Assembly: GCF_006345805.1 (NCBI RefSeq)
Contig: NC_043001.1
Location: 15,376,001-15,440,000, forward strand
DNA length: 64,000 nucleotides
DNA from: Octopus sinensis
Taxonomy: Eukaryota
Direction: 5' to 3'
Each line of letters starts with the position of its first letter. The first letter of the stretch is position 1. The notes below the pieces were generated by a model that saw only the letters and a list, made by a program, of their open reading frames with translations, searched no databases and was not told the DNA's origin. A program made the position numbers and the translations under genes. Shown piece after piece: positions 47,562 to 58,868 of the stretch.

Positions 47562-48917
47562 ATGGATATTGCTACATGTGTGTGTTTGTTGTGTTTTTTT
47601 CTTTTCCATCTTTGATTTATATATATATATGTATTTGCATGTGTGAAAATGAAAGAAAGGTGGAATTTCTAATTTAGGCACAAGGCCAGCAATTTTTAAG
47701 AGCAAGGAGGAAATAATCGTTACATTCAATCTCAGTAATTGAGTGGTATTTCATGAAGTTCAGAAGGATTAAAGAAATGTTCACCTCAGCGCGAATTGAG
47801 CTCAAAACGTAAAGAGCCGGAAAAGATACCTATTTCTTTATTACCCACAAGGGGCTAAACATAGAGGGAACAAACAAGGACAGACATAGGTATTAAAACG
47901 ATTACATCGACCCCAGTGCGTAACTGGTACTTATTTAATCGGCCCCGATAGGATGAAAGGCAAAGTCGACCTCGGCGGAATTTGAACTCAGAACGTAACG
48001 GCAGACGAAATACCGCTAAGCATTTCGCCAGACATGCTAACGTTTCTGCCAGTTCGCCACGAGGTAGAAAACTATACGTTCCGTCAGAATTCTACAGTTT
48101 TAAGAAAGAGCTTGACATGGTTCAACATATTTTAAAGAATTAAGCAATCAAATTTGATCACGATAGTTTTTTTTGTTTTTCACTTAAAGCAAAATGCTAG
48201 CAATTTTGAGCGCAAGTTAGTCTTTCATCTTTTATCTCCCATCATTTACTTGTTTCAGTTTTTGGAATGCGGCCATGCTAAGGCACTGCCTTAAAGAATT
48301 CTTAGTCGAATGAATCGTACTTTGTTTTATAAAGTCTGGTACTTATTTTATCAGTCTTTTTTGCCGAACCGCTAGGTACAGAGACGTTCATACATCACCA
48401 CTGGTTGCAAAGTGGTGGGTGGTAGGACAAATACAGACTCATAGATATACACATAGATACATAAATATATATATATACGATGGGCTTGTTCAAGTTTCCG
48501 TCTACCAATTCCACCCACAATGCTTTAGACGGCCCAAGGTTATAGTAGAAAACATTCACTCAAGGTTCCATGCAGTGGGACTGAACCCGGAATCAAGTGG
48601 TAGGGAAGCACGCTTCTTATCACACAGCCACGCCTGATTAAGGGTGATCATACAGGGTTATTGCATCTGTTAGAAATAGCAACCAAATCTCTCATGAATC
48701 ACTCACCAGAGTGTAGAATAAATTCTGCGTGGTTCGCTCACACCACAATTGGCCACTGGCTGAATCAGCGTGATCCAGTGTGTATGCCAAGACTGTACCC
48801 TTCTGAATTACGGGTACAATTCAATTATCCGACGGGCTTCCACACAGTTTCCTCCGACTCAGTTTTACTCACAAGGTATGGGTCAGCACAAAGTTTTAGA
48901 AAATGACATTTTATATA

Positions 48918-50022
48918 TCAGGTCATCCCATAAGTTCTGTCCGATTTTACCTTTTTTTAAATTGAATGAAATTTAATAGTATTTTAAAATGTCTAATGGA
49001 ATTGAAAATTATTTTTATGCACTTGTGTACATTTAAACTAATTAAATATTATTTTACAGAATAATAGAATTAAAATTTCTTTGATTAAAACCCTTTCTAA
49101 CATGAAAGTATCCAAAGAGCATTTGAGGCACATATTGCTTTATGAGTACAAAAAAGGAAACTCTGCAGCCGAAGCAACTCGAAACATACACTCAGTTTAT
49201 GGGAAACGATGCTTGAATGAAAGAACTTGCAGAAAATGGTTTGCAAAATTCAGCAGTGGAGATTTCAGCCTTGGAGATGATGATCGAACAGGATTCAGTT
49301 GAGTTTGATAAGCTCCTTGAGGCATTACTTGAAGAAAATCCTGCATTATCAGTTGAAGAATTGGCAATAAAGCTTAGTTCAAACCATACAACTGTTCATC
49401 GTCCTCTTCAACAACTTTGAATGGTTCCTAAACTTGGAAAATGGGTGCCTCATGAATTGTCTGAAAGCAACCACAAATCCCGAGTTGAAATCTGCTCTTC
49501 TCTCCATTCTTGCGAACTCATTTCACCCTTTTTGGATAGACTTGTGACTGGTGGCGAAAAATGGATCTTCTATCGAAATGTTAAACGTTGTAAACAGTGG
49601 CTTGGTAAAAGGGAAAAAGCTCAACCACAACCGAGAAGGGAACTTCATGGAAAAAGGTTCTTCTCTCTATCTGGTGGGATTGCAAAGGAGTAATTCACTT
49701 TGAATTGTTACCACCTAATGTAACAATCAATGCTCAAGTCTACTGTCAGCAATTAGAGCATTTGAAGCAAGCTTTGAATAAAAAAAAGACCCGCTTTAGT
49801 GAATTAAAAAGGAGTGATGTTCCATCAGGACAATGCGCGACCCCACACTGCAAAGATCACATCACAGATGATCGAAGAGCTTGGTTGGGAACAAATTCCT
49901 CAATCACCTTATTCTCCCGACCTTGCTCCTTTAGACTACCATTTGTTTCGTAGTTTACAGAATCATTGGGGGGGGGGGACATAACTTTCGCAAGCCAGGA
50001 GGAGGTCAAAACTGACACTTCA
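48918..50022 (+). mobile_element. Decayed mariner (DD34D, Hsmar1/cecropia- or mellifera-like), 3' end lost at a SINE
   Basis: TA|TCAGGTCATCCCATAAG left end; ATG at 49102; WVPHEL, VTGGEKW (D to G), HQDNARPH, YSPDLAPLDY; several frameshifts. Confidence 0.9.
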
Positions 50023-50530
50023 GTCGAACAAATCGACCCCAGGACTTATTCTTTGTAAGCCTAGTATTTATTCTATCGATCACTTTTGCCGAACCGCTAA
50101 ATTTCGGGGACATAAACAGACCAACATCGGTTGTCAAGTGATGGTGGAGCGACAAACACAGACACACAAACACAGACGCATAAACATATATATATATATA
50201 TATATATATACGACGAGCTTCTTTCAGTTTGCGTCTACCAAATCCCCTCCCAAGGCTTTGGTCGGCCCGAGGCTATAGTAGAAGACACTTGCCCAAAGTG
50301 CCACGCTGTAGGACTGAACCTGGAACCATGTGGTTGGGGAAGCTTCTTAGCGTGAATAAAAAAGAATTTAAAGCCAAGTACTTATTCTATCGGTCTCTTT
50401 TGCTGACCCACAAAGTTACAGGGAAGTAAACATACCACAACCGGTTGTCAAACGTTGGTGGAGGACGAACACAAACACAGACACATTCACTCACACACAC
50501 ACACCCACCACCACACACTATATATATATA

Positions 50531-50574
<44 letters not shown>

Positions 50575-51404
50575 GACAAGCTTCTTTCAGTTTCCGTCTA
50601 CCACACCCCCTCACAAGGCTTTGGTCGGTCCGAAGCTGTAGTAGAAGACACTTACCCAAGGTGTCACGCAGTTGGACTGAACCCAGGACCATGTGGTTGA
50701 AAAGCAAGCTTCTTACCTCACAGCCAATTGCTAATAAATTTCAACAACAAAATCTCATATGGACCCCGGTTAAGCATCAATAATTTTAAAGGGGTGGGAG
50801 AGGGAAAAGGTGGTTTTGTCACAGCTGGAATACTTTTTCATCATGGGTCTACTCGATCGGAACTGACCTGGGGTTAAACAACAACAAACATTGAAAGAAA
50901 ACGAAAATGGGATTGTAACTGTCTGAAGCTGGAACAGCCGAAGAGGTCACCAGGTGCTCATTAAGCTGTTGTCACGTGACCTTGAAATAATCCAATCAAC
51001 GAGTACTAATTCATAACTTCCATATCCTGGTTCCTTATCTGATGGTTTCCCATGGAGAAGTTCCTCAGTTGAATGAACTCGAGGCTTGTTAAGTTCAATA
51101 AGAACCAAATAGGAAGGCCACTGAGTAATCGCTTGACCTGCCAGAAGGAGCAGTCAAATAAAATTTATCTTTTAAAAATCAGGAAAAGAACACAAAGGCG
51201 CTGGCTTGGTTGCATGGTTGGTTAAGAAGCGCGCTTTGTAACCTTGTGGTTCTGGGTTCAGTCCTACTATAGAGCATTTATAGTCTTTCACTACAGACCC
51301 GGACCAACCAATGCCTTGTGAATGGATTTGGTGGACTGGTAGATGGGAACTGTGTGTGTGTGTGTGTGTGTGTCTGTGTGTGTCTGTGTGTGTGTGTGTG
51401 TGTG

Positions 51405-51448
<44 letters not shown>

Positions 51449-52239
51449 GTGTATATCTATTTCTTTACTACCCACAAGGGGCTAAACAAAGAGAGGACAA
51501 ACAAGGACAGACAAATGGATTAAGTCGATTATATCGACTCCAGTGCGTAACTGGTACTTATTTAATCGACCTCGAAAGGATGAAAGGCAAAGTTGACCTC
51601 GGCGGAATTTGAACTCAGAACGTAACGACAGACGAAATACCTCTAAGCATTTCGCCCGGCGTGCTAACGTTTCGGCCAGCTTTGTAGCCTTGTAGCCTTG
51701 TGGTTCTGGGTTCAGTCCTACCACAGAGCATTTATAGTCTTTCACTATAGACCCGGACCAACCAATGCCTTGTGAATGAATTTCATAGACTGGTAGATGG
51801 GAACTGTGTGTGTGCGTGCGTGTGTGCGTGTGTGTGTGTGTGTGCATTTGTGTATATCTTTGTGTTGATCTCAACACCGCTTGACAACCGGTGTTGGTTT
51901 CTTTACGTCCCCGCAGCCTAACGATTCAGTAAAATAGTACTGGGGTTAATTCGTTTGAATCAAAAACCCTTCAAGCCGGTGCCCCAGCATGGCCGCAGTC
52001 CAATAACTGAAACGATTAAAAGAGATTAGGTTATGTAATTCCAGAAATTCCTAAAAAGATGTGTTAGCCATTTCTGGAATGTCTTTGGTTATATCTCTAC
52101 ATGGTCAGAGCAGACCTAGGGTTTAACAACAGCAATAACATTACTGCTGACTTAATTACTATGATGTTGCCTTCGACGAATGCTCATTGTAAGTCACAAT
52201 AGAATAATCATTACATTAGAAAGAACAATTTATCAATAA

Positions 52240-52632
52240 CTAGCAGTATCGCCCGACGTTGCTCGGGTTTGTTTCAACCCTTTAGAATTGGAATTTTTGA
52301 AAAGTAAAAATTTTGCATTATGTAGCTTGTTATTCTCTTTAAGTGAACATTTTCCTGGTTGAATTACACCGAAAAATGGCGACACAGCAGTCAAAATATC
52401 GTAAAAAATACGGATTTTCATAGAAAAAAAAGCACCTTTTTGATGTAAATAATTTTTGGTGTTAACATGGTCCAATTTGAATTTTTTCTTCTACGGAATG
52501 AAGAGCAAGCCTTCTTCTATCACACTCTCAATTTTGGTCAACTTGCGCCACAGGGTCTCGGAGGAGATAGTGTTAGTTGAAGGCTACCAAACCTGCCATA
52601 CACAGACAACTTCAACTTTATATATAGAGAGA
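52240..52632 (-). mobile_element. Non-autonomous Helitron, subfamily 2
   Basis: A|TC start and hairpin plus CTAG|T end on the minus strand. Confidence 0.85.
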
Positions 52633-53084
52633 TAGTTACTATACAAACTAAAGAAGCTTTGGTCAATATAAAGATCCTCACCCTTTAACGAAAACAAAAA
52701 GACCCCCAGCCTGCTGGGTGTTAACATCTGTGTAGAAAACGAATATGAAAAAAAAATTGAGCAAACGACCCCGGTGGGGGGGTGGGGAGAGGACTTTCGG
52801 AAAATTCACAAGATCCAATTTTCCCTCATAGCTTTCAGGAAAATGGATATATATTGAAAGAGACCCAACACCCTCAGCTCCCAATTCTACGGCCTTGGCC
52901 TTCAAGCAGGCTATCCACATGCTAGAAATAACATCCAAATCTCAAATGGGCAAGACCATTATCAGTTCCACAAACACACGATGTTTTGTTGCTGGTCAAA
53001 TGATTCTCTTTAATTTCGCTTTGTCCCAGGAACATACGCACGCGCGTGCATACAAACTCTCTTTTATATATAGATATATATACA

Positions 53085-53918
53085 CAGGGTGCGATGGGTA
53101 AATTGCCGTAATTTTATATTTTTCATTTCGCGCATGCGCATTGTTTGTTTTTAATTTTGTCGACAACACAGTATAGTAGGGTCAGTTAGGCACCGTTTGT
53201 AAGAAAAACAGTACCATGACGCAATTCACTTTGCCAGAAATTTGGAAACGACACGCTGTACTGTTTGGCAAGTGTTCGGGTGTCAATTTGAGGACAATGC
53301 AATCTGAGGACCTGCATAGAGAGTGGTAAAAATCAAACATCCAGTCATCATCATGGTGTTTGGAGTGATCACTAGTGATGGCGACCTTACAGCCTCAGAC
53401 TCAACACGGAAACCTACATCAAGTGCCTGGAGGAGGTAGTGCTGCCCTATGTCAAGAGGGTGGGTGCTGGAACACCCTATGTCTGGCAACAAGATTCTGC
53501 ACCATGTCACACAAGCAGGAGAACCCAGTCATGGCTGTCAGACAATTTCTGCGACCACATCACCCCTAATATCTGGCCACCCATCTCCCTAGACTGCAAC
53601 CCCTTTGATTGTTATGTGTGGGGCGCAGTTGAGCGAGAGGCCAACAAAACTCCTTGTAAGACCAAAGATGGACTGAAGGCAAGGGTTATGGCAGCATTCA
53701 CCAACTTAAACATGGAGACCGTCCAGAAGAGCTGCAGGAGATTCTGAAGTCGTCTGGAGGCCATGGCTAAAGCCAATGGCGATTTTACTGAATAAATTTA
53801 CTCTTTAGTATTTCAAATATTATTATGTAATTTTTGGTAACTATATCTGTTAAAATGAGATGTCAGTGTTATTTTCATTTTTGCGAAATTCAGACGACAA
53901 TTTATTCACCGGACCCTG
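53085..53918 (+). mobile_element. Internally deleted DD37D (maT) Tc1/mariner element
   Basis: CAGGGT...ACCCTG|TA TIRs (~24 bp, 5 mismatches); QQD-SAPCH...WPPISLDCNPF-D spacing is 37 aa. Confidence 0.85.
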
Positions 53919-55759
53919 TATACACACACATACACACGCTTAATAAACACTAACAACGCCCGGCCTGGAAATCGAAACCGCGATCCTACGACTGTGTATT
54001 CGCTGCCCTAACCACTGGGCTATTGCGCCTCTACTACACGCACAAACACATACGCACACACACACGCACATGCACATGCGCACGTACACATACACGCGTA
54101 CTCACACGCATACACACACACACACACACAGTCTGCCCGTCTCCCCTTTGTTTCCTCTCTCTCTCTCTTCTCCTCTCTCTCTCCTCTCCTCTCCCCCCTC
54201 TCTCTCTCTCTCTCTCCCTCTCCCTCTCTCTGCCAATCAATTCTTACAAATTACCTGCCTGTCATGCTCACTGCGGTTCGTCCTCTCAATTAAACGACAA
54301 ATTTCTTTACTTCTGCGTCGCATTTAATCTTTTATCCGCCAAATGGTCATCCAACCGGCTAGAATTAGCAGCTGAATCCCATTCAAATCACACTCTGCAG
54401 TCTCACATGCTAGAAGTTGCTGCTAAATCCTTCTCAAATTATATCCTACATCATCAAAGCTAGGTGTGCAATCTTTAGAAGGCGGCGGGCTGGCAGAAAC
54501 GTTAGCACGCCGGGCGAAATGCTAAGCGGTATTTCGTCTGCCGCTACGTTCTAGGTTCAAATTCCGCCGAGGTCGACTTTGCCTTTCATCCTTTCGGGGT
54601 CGATAAATTAAGTACCAGTTACGTACTGGGGTCGATGTAATCGACTTAATCCGTTTGTCTGTCCTTGTTTGTGCCCTCTATGTTTAGCCCCTTGTGGGTA
54701 ATAAAGAAATAGGTATTTCGTCTGCCGCTACGTTCTGAGTTCAAATTCCGCCGAGGTCGATTTTGCCTTTCATCCTTTCGGGGTCGATTAAATGTTACCA
54801 GTTACGCACTGGGGTCGATATAATCGATTTAATCCGTTTGTCTGTCCTTGTTTGTTCTCTCTGTGTTTAGCCCCTTGTGGGTTGTAAAGAAACAGGTATG
54901 CAATCTTTAAGATAACATGTTCACATTAGTGTATATGGATGGAAGCACTCTGTCGGTTACGACGATGAGGGTTCCGGTTGATCCGAATCAACGGAACAGC
55001 CTGCACGTGAAATTAACGTGTAAGTGGCTGAGCACTCCACAGACACGTGTACCCTTAACGTAGTTCTCGGGGATATTCAGCGTGACACAGAGAGTGACAA
55101 GGCCGGCCCTTTGAAATACAGGTACAACAGAAACAGGAAGTAAGAGTGAGAGAAAGTTGTGGTGAGAGAGTACAGCAGGGATCACCACCATCCCCTGCCG
55201 GAGCCTCGTGGAGCATTTAGGTGTTTTCGCTCAATAAACACTCACAACGCCCGGTCTGGGAATCGAAACCGCGATCCTATGACCGCGAGTCAGCTGCCCT
55301 AACCACTGGGCCATTGCGCCTCCACAGTGTATATACACACACGTACACATACACACAGGTTTTGATGCTATCAACAACACAGGGAAGTAAACAAACAAAC
55401 AGCCATTATCTTCCATCTTTACTACTCTGGAGAAGGTACAGCAATAGAAAAATCAGTTAAAAATCTAAAGAAACAAACGTTTAAAAGAAATAATCCGTTG
55501 AGAACACTACAGTCCAGTCGATCGGGGAAACAAAATAGAAGTGAGAGGCTCTCTCTACTTCAGGTCTTTTTCAGATCTGTCTGGAGCAGACCTGGAGTAA
55601 AGAGGACATGTCACTGATGAGGCCGATAGGGGCAGCGAAGGGACTTTGAGAAACCTGACTGAATGATTGGTTGGCGAACGATTAATTAAATAAAAGAAAA
55701 ATATAGACAAGCAACAACCGTTGAATGCGTTTATTAATTATGACTCTTCACAAATAAAA

Positions 55760-55908
55760 CAATGTTTGTGTATGCGTATGTATGTATGTATGTATGTATG
55801 TATGTATGTATGTATGTATGTATGTATGTATGTATGTGTGTGTGTATGTATGTATGTATGAATGTATGTATGTATGTATGTATGTATGTGTGTGTGTATG
55901 TATGTATG

Positions 55909-55942
<34 letters not shown>

Positions 55943-56083
55943 TGTATGTATGTATGTATGTGTGTGTGTATGTATGTATGTATGTATGTATGTATGTATG
56001 TATGTATGTATGTATGTATGTGTGTATGTGTGTGTGTTGTATGTATGTATGTATGTATGTATGTATGTATGTATGTATGTATG
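55760..56083. repeat. (TATG)n microsatellite
   Basis: Direct sequence. Confidence 0.95.
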
Positions 56084-56396
56084 TTCTTTCCCTTTTAAAT
56101 TTAGAATAATTTTGACTGGCCACCTACTTGGTAGCAAGGTTGTAGAGTTAAGCATCTTGTTTTAACTACCATCCTCTAAATCTTCAGAATGTCTTGCAGA
56201 TTTTTATCGTCGCAATTATCTCGATCGTTTGTTGAGTATGAATTATGGATTTACATTCTCTCCCCAAGATCCCAAGTTCAGCCATACTTTGCAGGTATGT
56301 ATCCTGTTGCTCCAATAATAATGGGTATGAAGCTGAAAGTGAATCTTGGATATTGAATTTGCAAACTCCTTATCAATGGTCCATAGACGTCTTCTT
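56084..56396 (-). mobile_element. 5'-truncated R4/Dong-like fragment C
   Basis: KEDVYGPLIRSLQIQYPRFTFSFIPIIIGATGYIP; bounded by CATA repeats on both sides. Confidence 0.7.
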
Positions 56397-56522
56397 TATG
56401 TATGTATATATTTATGTATGTGTGTCATTCTTCAGAGCTAGTTCCTAACCTGGATCCCAGGTTCCTTCATTAGAATTTCAACATCAACAACAGGGTAATG
56501 TTGTATGTGTGTACGTATGTAT

Positions 56523-57240
56523 TCTATGTTTTAATTATTATACATCTTCCACTGAGGAGGGAGCCAGTTTCCAACAATGATACAAGGCTCCATCTTTGAG
56601 ATGTAGTAAACACAGACAAATTCTCATTTGGAACTTGAGAAAAGTCTTGAATATTTTTACTGTTCCATTCACAGACTGCGCTTGTAGTATACGAATCAGC
56701 CGGTCGATTTCTCTTTCTGAAAATCCCAGTTTATCCAGATTCTCCTTTAAGCATTTACTAACAAATCCTAGCGCTCTAATTATTATTGGTATAAATATGA
56801 ATTCATAGTCTGGATATAGAAGCTGGAGGTTTCGTAGTAGTTGTCCATAGATATCCTCTTTTTCTTTGATTTTAAAAAAGATATATCTGCAGGGCTGCTG
56901 AACTCTATGATGGTATGTACCTTTACTCTTCTGTCCCAAACAGCAATATACGGCCTGTTAAGTTTAAATTAGACCGACGTTTTGATGAGAATATTCCACC
57001 AGTATTCCTTGAGTTGGTGTTTATGAATGTATTCCATAACAGAAGGATTTTCTAAGTTTATTTCAGGACAGTCTTTTTTGCGGATGGCATTGTAAATTGT
57101 TTTAACACATCGTGCCGCATAGGGAGGTAGTAACGCGACGACATTTTAGGACAGCTGCTAATCACATGCGTGATGTCTTCCACAGAAACATGACATAGCC
57201 TACACATGCGGTTGCACCTTGGGATTTGCAAGAGCACCAT
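56523..57240 (-). mobile_element. 5'-truncated R4/Dong-like fragment B (CCHC plus RLE domain)
   Basis: CRLCHVSVEDITHVISSCPKMSSRYYLPMRHD; NRPYIAVWD; KEDIYGQLLRNLQLLYPDYEFIFIPIIIRALG. Confidence 0.9.
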
Positions 57241-57248
57241 GTATGTAT

Positions 57249-57586
57249 CTATACGTGCAAATTTGAATCTTTTGTTTTATGTATGTATTCTCATGCATAA
57301 AGTTGTATATCTAGAATGTTCATATATACTTAAATGATAAACTTCCGGAATGTTTTACATATTTTTACAGTTCCAATGATGGTTTGAATCTGTAGACTTC
57401 AAATCAGCTTTCTACTTTCTGGTTTAGAGAAGTCTGATTTCTCAAGATTGGTATTTAGGCAGTGTGTTACATATCCCAATGCCCCAATAATTACAGGTAT
57501 AAACCTGAACTTGTAATCTGGATGGAGTAACTGCAGATTTCTCAATAGTTCAGCGTAGGTGTTCTCTTTTCCACTGATCTTCAGTT
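57249..57586 (-). mobile_element. 5'-truncated R4/Dong-like fragment A
   Basis: KENTYAELLRNLQLLHPDYKFRFIPVIIGALGYVTHCLNTNLEK...GTVKICKTF then a 3' UTR ending at TACATAC. Confidence 0.85.
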
Positions 57587-57631
57587 GTATGTGAGTATGT
57601 ATGTATGTATGTATGTATGTATGTATGTATG

Positions 57632-57665
<34 letters not shown>

Positions 57666-58050
57666 TGTATGTATGTATGTATGTATGTATGTACGTTCGT
57701 ATGTATGTATATATGTAAGTATGTGTGTGTGTATACGCACGTACGTTCGTATGTATGTATATAAGTATGTATGCATGTATGTGTGTGTGTATACGTACGT
57801 ACGTTCGTATGTATGTATGCATGTATGCGTGTGTATGCGTACGTACGTTCGTATGTATGTATGCATGTATGCGTGTGTATGCGTACGTACGTTCGTATGT
57901 ATGTATGTATGTATGTATGTATGTATGTATGTATGTATGTATGTATGTATGTATGCATGCATGTATGTATGTATGTATGTATGTATGTATGTGTGTGTAT
58001 ACGTTCGTATGTATGTATGTATGTATGCATGTATGCAAGTATGTATGTAT
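57587..58050. repeat. (TATG)n microsatellite with higher-order variant units
   Basis: Direct sequence. Confidence 0.95.
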
Positions 58051-58321
58051 GTATCCTTCCTGCTCTATGCCATCAGGTCAACGAGTAACTCCTGGCAACT
58101 TCCTTGACAAATGCTTACCACTGCGCTCCGTTTTGGGTAGGGCTCAGCAGATGGCGTAAGGTTGGTTGTCACTTCACTTGTTTCATGTCAAAAGGCCACT
58201 GCCAAACACCAGTATCCCACGCCGAAACCTGTTCGAGATGCGTACACACATATTTACGCTTACGTATATAGTTATTTTCATGCACATACTTGCTTATATA
58301 TATATATATAATATATATATA

Positions 58322-58359
<38 letters not shown>

Positions 58360-58498
58360 TACATTTGTATACAGACATACATTTATATGAATACATATAT
58401 CATATGTCTGTGTATGCATATGTATATGTGTATGTATAAACATATACATACAACGTACACTCACATGTATGTGTTTATACATACATATACATATAATG

Positions 58499-58535
<37 letters not shown>

Positions 58536-58798
58536 ATATATATATATATGCATGCAAACATATGCATATACACATGCTTATATAACCACATACGCACACA
58601 AAGAAACAGACATCATCCATATAAACACACATGTATATATACATAAATATATATATATGTAATATATGGATACATACATCCATATTTACACACATAATAT
58701 GTGTGACTGTATGTGTGCCTGTGTATGTGATTAATATGTATACGTACGCGCACATCATACATATATATATAAATATATATAATATAAATATATATATA

Positions 58799-58868
<70 letters not shown>

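Noticed and set aside
54945-55323. tRNA genes at SINE heads (also families A, B, E)
   Set aside because: A/B boxes are present but there is no complete acceptor stem, and each head continues into a repeat body.
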